Positions 13,326 to 21,523 of a stretch of 64,000 nucleotides of DNA are shown here, in pieces. Origin of the DNA: Christensenellales bacterium (GTDB taxonomy: Bacteria; Bacillota; Clostridia; Christensenellales; UBA3700). The stretch spans positions 12,584 to 76,583 of the forward strand of contig JBJETT010000002.1 in assembly GCA_051883455.1 (NCBI GenBank), given 5' to 3'. Under the pieces are notes generated by a model that ran no database searches, was not told the origin of the DNA, and saw nothing but the letters and a program-made list of their open reading frames with translations. How positions within the stretch are numbered: the stretch's first letter is position 1; every line of letters begins with the position of its first letter. The position numbers and the translations under genes are program-made.

Positions 13326-13760
13326 ATGTTCGTGTGTCACGGCAATATATGCCGTTCGCCAATGGCGGAATTTGTGACCAAAAAGAAACTGGAAGAGAGA
13401 AATATACAAGCCTTGGTCGAGTCGTCGGCTACGTCGAGAGAGGAGATTGGTAACGGCGTACATTACGGCACGAGAGCCATACTCGATAGACTTGGCATAG
13501 ACTATTCGGGCAAGAGAGCTAGGCAAATAACTCGGCAAGATTATGACGAGTTTGATTATATAGTTGCTATGGATAGATACAACGTCACCAATCTGCTTAG
13601 GATGCTGGGTGGTGATCCACAAGGCAAGATAACCAAACTGCTTGATTGGGTTGGAATTGACCGCGACGTGGCCGACCCGTGGTATACGGGCGACTTTGAA
13701 AAAACGTACGAGGATATCGAACTTGGTTGCACCGCGTTGATTGACCAAATATTCGGGTGA
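13326..13760 (+). CDS. Low-molecular-weight protein-tyrosine phosphatase (start uncertain, see findings)
   Basis: FVCHGNICRSPMAE P-loop and DPWY motif. Confidence 0.88.
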   Translation: MFVCHGNICRSPMAEFVTKKKLEERNIQALVESSATSREEIGNGVHYGTRAILDRLGIDYSGKRARQITRQDYDEFDYIVAMDRYNVTNLLRMLGGDPQGKITKLLDWVGIDRDVADPWYTGDFEKTYEDIELGCTALIDQIFG

Positions 13761-13764
13761 TAAA

Positions 13765-13778
13765 TCGATACGTGTCAA
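13765..13778 (+). repeat. Dispersed motif copy 1 (TCGATACGTGTCAA), 4 nt after a stop codon
   Basis: Exact match to TCGATACGTRT. Confidence 0.85.
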
Positions 13779-13779
13779 C

Positions 13780-13812
13780 AAAAATGCCGAACGTTAATCA
13801 TTCGGCATTTTT
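13780..13812. terminator. Bidirectional terminator
   Basis: aaaaatgccgaa...ttcggcattttt. Confidence 0.85.
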
Positions 13813-13829
13813 GTTTTGATAGACTTAAA

Positions 13830-14834
13830 CTATTCTAATTTTGACTGTTCTTGCTTGTCATTGGCTAGCGTTGCTTGCTCAGTTGTAGAGGCTTGCTCGC
13901 TAGTGGACGTTGCTTGTTCGGTTGCAGGATTTACGTGCACCAAGATATGTTTTATCTTAGGGAAGTTGCGTTCGATATCGTCGTGCACGGTTTCGGCAAT
14001 GCCGTGTGCTTGTTGCAAGGTATAAGAGCCGTCCACTTGTATCTCCAAGTCAACGTAGATTTTGTTGCCGAATATGCGAGTATGCAATAGGTCTATGCCC
14101 TTTACGTTTTCGTTTTTGACGACGCAATCGGCTATTTGCTTTTCCGTTTCTTCATCGCAAGAGCGGTCTATCATTTTGTCCATAGCGTCCTTGAAGATAT
14201 CAAAGGCGGCTTTGGCGATAAACAAGAAGATTACTAGGCTGGCGATAGAATCCATGATAGGGAAGCCGAGTCTTGCACCGGCGATACCTATCAAAGCGCC
14301 TATAGAAGAAAACATATCCGAACGGTGATGCCATGCGTCCGCCATAAGCGCGCTAGAGTCAATCTTCTTGGCGTAGTGTCTGGTATACCAATACATTGCT
14401 TCCTTGCTGACGATTGACACTATTGCGGCAACTAACGCCAAAACGCCCGGGGCTTGCAAGTCGTCGTAGTTGCCGCCCGCTATGTTTTTAACTGCCTCCG
14501 CGCCTATTCCCAGACCCGTTATAAAGAGCACCATAGCCAAGACTATTGCCGCTACGCATTCCATGCGCTCGTGCCCGTATGGGTGCTCCTTGTCGGGTTT
14601 TTTCGACGCCAACCTTATACCTATGATGACCACGAAAGTACTAAACACGTCGGATGCCGAATGTACGGCGTCACTTACCATAGCGCTAGAATGGGCAATA
14701 ATACCGGCAATAAGTTTGAGTGCGGATAGCACCATATTACCGATAATTGTCACTAGCGACACTTTGCCGGCGATTTTTTGGAATTGGACTTCGTCAATGC
14801 CGTCGACGTTAGTAAGCTTTTTGTTTTTCCTCAT
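13830..14834 (-). CDS. Cation diffusion facilitator (FieF/CzcD family) metal exporter
   Basis: SDAVHSASD, HPYGHER, DAWHHRSD motifs and C-terminal dimerisation domain; GGAGG RBS. Confidence 0.92.
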   Translation of the reverse strand: MRKNKKLTNVDGIDEVQFQKIAGKVSLVTIIGNMVLSALKLIAGIIAHSSAMVSDAVHSASDVFSTFVVIIGIRLASKKPDKEHPYGHERMECVAAIVLAMVLFITGLGIGAEAVKNIAGGNYDDLQAPGVLALVAAIVSIVSKEAMYWYTRHYAKKIDSSALMADAWHHRSDMFSSIGALIGIAGARLGFPIMDSIASLVIFLFIAKAAFDIFKDAMDKMIDRSCDEETEKQIADCVVKNENVKGIDLLHTRIFGNKIYVDLEIQVDGSYTLQQAHGIAETVHDDIERNFPKIKHILVHVNPATEQATSTSEQASTTEQATLANDKQEQSKLE

Positions 14835-14907
14835 ATACGTTACCTCCAAATAATAAGATAACTCTTATCACTTATTGAGGGCATTGGTTATAACTTCGAA
14901 AAAAGTA

Positions 14908-15022
14908 TAAAAAAACACCCACGAATCAGTAATAGCAACTACTGTCCCGTGGATGAAAATTCCACTGTCACTTATGCGACCCGACTCCATGATAATTACA
15001 CGGTCTGCTCAGTTTGTACTGT
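14908..15022 (-). promoter_or_regulatory. NiCo (czcD) riboswitch with overlapping intrinsic terminator
   Basis: Minus strand reads AGTACAAACTGAGCAGACC...GAGTCGGGTCGC-ATAA-GTGACAGTGGA...TCCACGGGACAGTAGT, matching the ACUGAGCAG...CGGG...GGGACAGU four-way-junction pattern; terminator hairpin plus T run follows; lies upstream of a CDF gene. Confidence 0.88.
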
Positions 15023-15237
15023 AGATTATATGCAGTGCAAAGAGTTTACTATATTATATGCTACGAGTTGGAGTTTGTCAAGTACCAAAAAACTTATGCG
15101 GATATATTGGTTGGGTATAGCGCTTTGCTTGACAAAATTTTTGGTATATAATATTATAGGAATATAAGAAAAAGGAGGAATTTGTCGAATACTTTTTGGT
15201 TTGACAAATTTTTTTATCTGTACCAAAGGAGCAGTAT

Positions 15238-16047
15238 ATGCAAAGAGAAGAAATTTGCAAAATAATCAGAGAAGACACTTGTAGGTGTATTGCTTCGATA
15301 GGTGTCGGACACATCGGCGGTTGTCTGTCTATCGTAGAAATTTTGGTCAGTTTGTATTACAAACACATGAATATCGACCCTACCAATCCTCACATGGCGG
15401 GTAGAGATAGATTGGTATGCTCTAAGGGACACGCAGGTCCTGCGGTGTACGCAACTCTTGCCAACAAAGGTTATTTTGACAAGTCGGAGCTCCTTACCCT
15501 CAACCACTCGGGCACCAATCTTCCTAGCCACTGCGATATGAACAAGACCATCGGTATAGATATGACCACCGGCTCATTGGGACAAGGATTTAGCTGTGCC
15601 GTAGGTATTGCTTTGGCAAGCAAGCTCGACAAGGACGGCGCTTATATCTACACCATTATCGGTGACGGTGAGAGCCAAGAAGGACAAATTTGGGAAGCGG
15701 GTATGTTCGCGGCTCAAGCCAAACTAGACAATCTCATTGCCTTTACCGATTACAACAAGATGCAGATAGATGGTAACACCGACGACGTCAACTCTTTGGA
15801 ACCTCTCAACAAGAAGTGGGAGAGCTTTGGTTGGAACGTGGTCGTCATCGACGGACACGACTTTGACCAAATCGACGACGCTATCGCTAACGCCAAGGCT
15901 TGCAAAGGCAGACCAACCATGATTATTGCCAACACTATCAAGGGCAAGGGCGTCAAGTATATCGAAGACAAGGGCTACGGCAACCACAGCATGCCAATGC
16001 TTTGGGAAGACGTCGAAAAATATATAGAAGAGATTAGGAGAGCGTAA
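15238..16047 (+). CDS. Transketolase, N-terminal (TPP-binding) subunit
   Basis: GHIGG, SKGHAGP, TTGSLGQG, GDGESQEG...N TPP motif. Confidence 0.93.
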   Translation: MQREEICKIIREDTCRCIASIGVGHIGGCLSIVEILVSLYYKHMNIDPTNPHMAGRDRLVCSKGHAGPAVYATLANKGYFDKSELLTLNHSGTNLPSHCDMNKTIGIDMTTGSLGQGFSCAVGIALASKLDKDGAYIYTIIGDGESQEGQIWEAGMFAAQAKLDNLIAFTDYNKMQIDGNTDDVNSLEPLNKKWESFGWNVVVIDGHDFDQIDDAIANAKACKGRPTMIIANTIKGKGVKYIEDKGYGNHSMPMLWEDVEKYIEEIRRA

Positions 16048-16048
16048 T

Positions 16049-16987
16049 ATGGCTGATATGGAAATGAGAGCCGTTTTGGCTGAGCAACTCAAACAAATGA
16101 TGCAAGAGGACCCAAAGGTTGTCGTTATCGACGCCGACCTTGCTAAAGCAAGCGGCACTTGGGGACTTAGAAAGGATTTTCCCGATAGAGCCATTGACGT
16201 AGGCATAGCAGAACAAAACATGGTGTCTATCGCTTCGGGTATGGCAAGCTACGGATACAAGCCGTTCATTACTTCCTTTACGCCTTTCGTATCTCGCAGA
16301 GTATGCGACCAAATCACCCTTTCTTCTTGCTACGCTAAGCAACCTATCACTATCGTAGGTACCGACCCGGGCATTTGTGCGGAAATCAACGGCGGAACGC
16401 ACATGGGCATGGAAGATATCGGCGTACTTAGAAGCATAGCGGATATAGTAATCTTCGAACCCGTCGACACCGTGCAACTCAAGCAAGCATTGCCAATCAT
16501 TGCAAATCTCGGCAAGACAGTATATATCAGACTTTTCCGCAAAAAGATTGACGACGTGTTCGGCGAAGATTATAAGTTTGATTTGTTCAAAGCCGATACT
16601 ATCAAAGAGGGTAAGGACGTGACCATTTTCTGCACGGGCATAATGGTGCAAGAGACTGTCAAGGCAATGGATTTGTTGCAAAAGGAAGGCATCGATGCCG
16701 AGATTATCAACGTGCACACCATCAAGCCTATCGACAAGGACACTATCGTCAAGTCGGTAGCCAAGACGGGTTGCGCCGTTACCGCAGAAAATCACAATAT
16801 CATTGGCGGACTATTTAGCGCCGTGTCGGAAGTGCTCGCTACGAGTATGCCAACACCAATTTTGCCAATAGGCGTGCCTGATACCTTCGGCGAGGTAGGC
16901 AAGATGCCATATCTCAAGCAAATCTACAAGATGACGGCGGAGGACATCGTAGCCAAGGCAAAAGAAGTGATGAAACTCAAAAAATAA
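16049..16987 (+). CDS. Transketolase, C-terminal subunit
   Basis: DADLA, VGIAEQNM, NGGTHM, TIKPID, TAENH. Confidence 0.93.
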   Translation: MADMEMRAVLAEQLKQMMQEDPKVVVIDADLAKASGTWGLRKDFPDRAIDVGIAEQNMVSIASGMASYGYKPFITSFTPFVSRRVCDQITLSSCYAKQPITIVGTDPGICAEINGGTHMGMEDIGVLRSIADIVIFEPVDTVQLKQALPIIANLGKTVYIRLFRKKIDDVFGEDYKFDLFKADTIKEGKDVTIFCTGIMVQETVKAMDLLQKEGIDAEIINVHTIKPIDKDTIVKSVAKTGCAVTAENHNIIGGLFSAVSEVLATSMPTPILPIGVPDTFGEVGKMPYLKQIYKMTAEDIVAKAKEVMKLKK

Positions 16988-17019
16988 GTAGGTCGTCTAT
17001 CTAAATCGAAAGAAATAAC

Positions 17020-17047
17020 AAAAAAGTAGGGTTGCCCTACTTTTTTT
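17020..17047 (+). terminator. Intrinsic terminator after transketolase genes
   Basis: aaaaaagtaggg-ttg-ccctactttttt. Confidence 0.8.
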
Positions 17048-17267
17048 GATAACGTAGCAGTTTGGCATATACCATTGTATCGAGTGGGTTATATGCATAG
17101 CCAAGTAGTATTTTGTCACAGAAATTATATTGACAACGAACTACGTCGCATATTGACAACATAATATATTGTGCTATAATATAATCAATAAGATGATAGA
17201 CAAACTTTTGCATCGCAATTTTGGTGGTATAAGGGGGAGTCGTTCAATAAAAACAGGGGGAGTTTTT

Positions 17268-17645
17268 ATGAAAAAGTTTTTTATTTGCAAAAAGTGTGGC
17301 AATTTCGTTGGAATGATCAACAATTCCGGCGTAGTTATGCAATGCTGCGGCGAGCCTATGACTCAACTCGTGGCAAGTAAAGAAGAGAGTGGAGCAGAGA
17401 AACATTTGCCCGACGTGGAGATAGACGGCGATATCGTTAGAGTCAACGTTGGAAGAGTACCTCATCCTATGACGCCCGAGCATTATATCCAATGGGTTTG
17501 CTTGGAGACGACCAAGGGCGCTCAAAGAAAGAAATGCGGTGGATATCCTCAAGTTACCTTCTCTTTGGTGGACGAAAAGCCGATTGCGGTATACGCATAT
17601 TGCAACTTGCACGGCTTGTGGATGACTAAACTACCAATGGTATAA
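17268..17645 (+). CDS. dfx: Desulfoferrodoxin / superoxide reductase
   Basis: CKKCG...CCG centre I; EKH, HPM...HYI and CNLHG centre II ligands. Confidence 0.92.
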   Translation: MKKFFICKKCGNFVGMINNSGVVMQCCGEPMTQLVASKEESGAEKHLPDVEIDGDIVRVNVGRVPHPMTPEHYIQWVCLETTKGAQRKKCGGYPQVTFSLVDEKPIAVYAYCNLHGLWMTKLPMV

Positions 17646-17722
17646 TAGCCGGGAAGGACGCCCAACCACAATATTTTACCAATCAATTGACTGCGACAGC
17701 GGTATGGTTAGGTTGTAATCGC

Positions 17723-17755
17723 GTTGCGCTTACGGGATATGTAGGCGCAACTTTT
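17723..17755 (+). terminator. Intrinsic terminator downstream of dfx
   Basis: gttgcgcttac/gtaggcgcaac stem plus tttt. Confidence 0.7.
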
Positions 17756-17913
17756 ATTTGTATTTTGTTGTCGAAAGCGACAGCGCGGCATATAGGAAAA
17801 ACTAATAAATTTTCAAAAAAACTGTATTCATCAATTTGCCAAAAGCCCCTTCGTTGTGATATAAAATAAGTGTCGGTTGCAAGACCCACAATCATAGCTT
17901 TAAGGAGAAGGAA

Positions 17914-18597
17914 ATGAAAAAGATTTACACAGGTAAGACGAAAGACGTATTTGCTTTGGACAATGGCAACTATTTGCTCAAATTCAAGGATGATTGCACG
18001 GGAAAAGACGGCGTGTTCGATCCGGGTGAAAACACCGTTGGACTTACTATCGAAGGTATCGGTAAAGCCAATCTCGAAGTGTCGATTATGTTCTTTGAAA
18101 TTTTGAAAAAAGCAGGTATCAAGACCCACTACGTGAGCGCAGATATTGACAATGCCACTATGGAAGTGTTGCCTGCAACCGTATTTGGCAAAGGACTCGA
18201 AGTTATTTGCAGACTCGTAGCAACGGGAAGTTTCGTACGTAGATACGGCGACTATATCGAGGACGGTACCAAGATTGAGGGTGGTTACGTAGAGACTACC
18301 TTCAAGAACGACGCCAAGGGCGACCCACTCGTTACCAGCGAAGGTCTCGCAGTGCTCGGCATTATGGACCAAAAGATGTTCGACAGCATGAAAGAGCAAA
18401 CTTTGGCTATCACCAAAATCGTAGCCGACGAGCTTGCCAAGAAAGGGCTCGAGTTGTGGGATATCAAATTTGAGTTCGGTTACAACAACGACGAAGTTAT
18501 CCTCATTGACGAAATCGCTTCGGGCAATATGAGAGTATACAAGGACGGCAAAATCGTTGACCCTGTAGACCTCACCGCAATGATCCTCGGCAAATAA
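17914..18597 (+). CDS. purC: SAICAR synthetase
   Basis: [17 protein letters not shown]...GSF, DIKFEFG, LIDEI. Confidence 0.93.
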   Translation: MKKIYTGKTKDVFALDNGNYLLKFKDDCTGKDGVFDPGENTVGLTIEGIGKANLEVSIMFFEILKKAGIKTHYVSADIDNATMEVLPATVFGKGLEVICRLVATGSFVRRYGDYIEDGTKIEGGYVETTFKNDAKGDPLVTSEGLAVLGIMDQKMFDSMKEQTLAITKIVADELAKKGLELWDIKFEFGYNNDEVILIDEIASGNMRVYKDGKIVDPVDLTAMILGK

Positions 18598-18613
18598 TAA
18601 TATCAACACAATC

Positions 18614-18646
18614 AAAAGACTCGCTTGATAAAGCGAGCCTTTTTTT
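18614..18646 (+). terminator. Intrinsic terminator after purC
   Basis: aaaagactcgctt-gata-aagcgagcctttttt. Confidence 0.8.
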
Positions 18647-18655
18647 GTCAAATTG

Positions 18656-18675
18656 TTGATACGTATCGAGTTTTT
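18656..18675 (-). repeat. Dispersed motif copy 2 (AAAAACTCGATACGTATCAA on minus strand)
   Basis: Exact match to TCGATACGTRT, intergenic. Confidence 0.85.
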
Positions 18676-18729
18676 ATGTTTTGTTGCAAAAAATGCACGC
18701 CGATTAGGCGTGCAATCTTTTTGTATCGA

Positions 18730-19917
18730 TTAGTCGTTAGCGTAGTTGGTAAAGTAGTTTTGGATAAGGATAATAGGAGTACCCTTGTCACCACTTCCGC
18801 TAGTGAGGTCGCACAAGCTACCGAGCAAATCGGTAAGGCGTCTTGGCGTTGTGCCTTGCGAAGCCATATCTGCCGTGAGGTCTTCCTTCTTTGCTTTGAT
18901 GAGGTCTTGCATAGCCTTCTTGGCGTCTTCGCCTTTGAGGTCGCCGATTGCGTTGTCGGCAAGGTATTTGAGCTTGAGTTCGTTAGGTCTACCTATCAAA
19001 CCTGCAGTGTGAGCAGGGGAAACGACAGGGTCGGCAAGCTCCCAAATTCCACCGATTGGGTCTTTGAACGCGCCGTCACCGTAAATCATAACTTCGATGT
19101 TTTTGCCCGTCTTTTCTTTGAGGATAGCGGCTACTTTGTCAACCAAAGCTTGTCCGTCTCTTGGGAAGAGTTTGATAGAGTTGTCGGTAGCGAGGTTGCT
19201 TCCGTATAGACCGTAGTCGGCGTTGTAACCGCTTCCGTCCACACTCTCGGTCATAAAGTCCGCAAGGTTGAAGACCTTAGACGCGCCTGCTTCTTTCAAG
19301 ATGCGTTTGGTGCGATTGCGGGTATGGATATCCGCGTTGATAACCACGTCGGTGTATTGCAAGATAGCCTTTGGATTGTTGGCAAGGATGATTTGACAAT
19401 CGCAAAATTCGCCCGCCATATTTTTGTATAGTTCGATATAGTCAAGACCCGTAAACGGATGCAATATTTTGCCAAAGGTAGCGTAATATTTTTCTTCGTC
19501 AAACACGTCGGTATATGGGTTGACGCCCTTTTCGTCGATGATATCCATAGGGATGAGTGGGTTGCCCACTTCGTCGGAAGGGTAAGACAACTGAATGATG
19601 AGTTTCTTGACGCCCATAGCGATAGCTTTGAGTATCATAGAAAATCTGTTTCTCGACATGATAGGGAAGATAAGTCCTACAGTTTCGCCGCCCGTCTTGG
19701 TCTTGACATCTTTGGCGATTTGGTCAAGCGTAGCGTAGTTGCCTTGCGCTCTACCCACGATAGCCTCGGTCATAGCAACGACGTCTCTGTCTTGCAATTC
19801 GAATTTGCCTTCTTCGCTTGCGGCAAGCACCGAGTCTACTACGATAGTAGCCAAGTCGTCGCCCGTCTTGATGATAGGGGCTTTGATACCTCTGGAAATT
19901 GTTCCGATAGTTTTCAT
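18730..19917 (-). CDS. Coenzyme F420-0:L-glutamate ligase-like (CofE family) protein
   Basis: N-terminal P(I)IK.GDDL, DVVAMTEAIVGRAQG, C-terminal DLTSGSGDKGTPIILI typical of this family. Confidence 0.8.
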   Translation of the reverse strand: MKTIGTISRGIKAPIIKTGDDLATIVVDSVLAASEEGKFELQDRDVVAMTEAIVGRAQGNYATLDQIAKDVKTKTGGETVGLIFPIMSRNRFSMILKAIAMGVKKLIIQLSYPSDEVGNPLIPMDIIDEKGVNPYTDVFDEEKYYATFGKILHPFTGLDYIELYKNMAGEFCDCQIILANNPKAILQYTDVVINADIHTRNRTKRILKEAGASKVFNLADFMTESVDGSGYNADYGLYGSNLATDNSIKLFPRDGQALVDKVAAILKEKTGKNIEVMIYGDGAFKDPIGGIWELADPVVSPAHTAGLIGRPNELKLKYLADNAIGDLKGEDAKKAMQDLIKAKKEDLTADMASQGTTPRRLTDLLGSLCDLTSGSGDKGTPIILIQNYFTNYAND

Positions 19918-20080
19918 TTTAGTTCCTCCATTGTGGAATTCTCACAGCAATTATTATAATACATAATAGGTATATATAGCAAGTATCATAAAAAATTTTT
20001 TTGTTGGTTGCACAAAATTTTTTCAATCTACGAGTATTGAAGAATGCTAGACTTTTGAAAGCGAAGAATATTGAAAACGA

Positions 20081-21334
20081 TTAGTCGGCTATAGTTTGCG
20101 ACTTCTTCGATAACTTAGAGCTGATGATTTGGCATACGAATAAGGCTATCGGGAATACGGTAGAAATCAATATTCCGCCTCTAAGTCCTAGTCCCTCTAC
20201 GTTGATACCAAGGTCGATAGCGAGTGCTTGCATATCGGGGCTATTGACTATGGCATCGGCAATCATACCCGACAAGGCAGGACCTACCGTGCAACCTAGG
20301 TCGCCTGCAAAGGCGAGTAGACCAAAGAGCATCGTTCCGCCAAGTGGAAATTTTTCTGCCGTATTGCTAAGCGTGCCCGGCCACAAGAGAGCCACCGTCA
20401 ATCCCGTAAATCCACAAGCTAATAGCGAGATAATTTGAAGTGGGACGAGCGCTGCCAAAAGATAGCAAATTATTGCGGAAAAAGAGCTGATTTTTAGCAG
20501 TTTTTCGAGGTTTATCTTGTTGCTAAACAGCCCGAAGAAAACTCTGCCTAGAGCCATAAGCAAGGCAAAAAAGCATGGACCGAGCAAATCTCCTACGAAC
20601 TTGCTCACCCCAAGACCTTTCTCTGCAAAGAGTGAAGACCATTGAGCTATTATCGCTTCGCTTGCACCGCTAAATACCATTGCGAGGAATGCAAGTATGA
20701 ATAGTGGAGAAGCAAATAGCTTTCGTACGGGGGTTCGCTCCTCAGAAGACACGGGGTCTACGAGCGGAACGAATAAAAACATAATTAGATTGACAAGAGG
20801 AATAATCGCCCAAATATACGGCAATATATACCATTTGTCGCCGCCGCATAATTTGATGAACAACGTCGATAGCAGTACTACGCCTAGTTGTCCCCAACAG
20901 TAGAAAGAGTGCAAGAGCGCCATTGCGCCGTGCTTTTCTCCAAGAGGAAGTGCGTCGGTGAGCGGACTGACGACGGCTTCTAGCAAACCTCCGCCGACGG
21001 AATAGACGAACGTGGCTATAAATATCGCCAAAAACGAGCGAGTCATCACTCTAGGCAACGTGCCTAGCAACACTAGTCCAATTATCGTCAACGTAAGGGC
21101 AAATATCATCGTGCCTCTAAACTTGAGCGCGTCGGTGATTTTGGCGGCGAAGAGGTCGATTAGTAGTTGGAAAGAAAAGTTGACGAGCACCAAAGCCGAA
21201 AGAAGAGATAGGCTTAGTCCGTATACGTCTTGAAAAATCGCAAACAAAATAGGCGCAAGGTTGACTATCGTCGCTTGCACTATATATGCTACGTAACAGC
21301 TATGGAGAGTAGATTTGTAAGTGAGATTTTTCAT
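20081..21334 (-). CDS. MFS transporter (putative sugar permease)
   Basis: 417 aa, about 12 hydrophobic segments in two halves. Confidence 0.85.
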   Translation of the reverse strand: MKNLTYKSTLHSCYVAYIVQATIVNLAPILFAIFQDVYGLSLSLLSALVLVNFSFQLLIDLFAAKITDALKFRGTMIFALTLTIIGLVLLGTLPRVMTRSFLAIFIATFVYSVGGGLLEAVVSPLTDALPLGEKHGAMALLHSFYCWGQLGVVLLSTLFIKLCGGDKWYILPYIWAIIPLVNLIMFLFVPLVDPVSSEERTPVRKLFASPLFILAFLAMVFSGASEAIIAQWSSLFAEKGLGVSKFVGDLLGPCFFALLMALGRVFFGLFSNKINLEKLLKISSFSAIICYLLAALVPLQIISLLACGFTGLTVALLWPGTLSNTAEKFPLGGTMLFGLLAFAGDLGCTVGPALSGMIADAIVNSPDMQALAIDLGINVEGLGLRGGILISTVFPIALFVCQIISSKLSKKSQTIAD

Positions 21335-21523
21335 TTTTTCCCTTTGCCAAACAGTATCATACCAAAGTGGCGTATATAAGTCAAGTGAGAGCCTTTATAT
21401 AAGGTTATTTTGGCACGATAGTCATCAAAAATGCGTTATTGAGGCAATATTATTTTACAATCTCAAAATAAAAGTATATAATATATAAAATATAAGGCAA
21501 TCAACCTGTCAAAGGAGAACAAT

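Noticed and set aside
17159-17173. Single NrdR-like box (ACATAATATATTGTG) upstream of dfx, plus a repeated ATATTGACAAC
   Set aside because: Lacks the conserved C, has no partner box, and lies in AT-rich promoter DNA
17646-17913. Possible purine or ZTP riboswitch or sRNA upstream of purC
   Set aside because: No conserved core of either class; hairpins are explained by the dfx terminator
21335-21523. T-box leader for metG
   Set aside because: Gap is too short and AT-rich; no AAGGTGGTACC-type T-box or antiterminator
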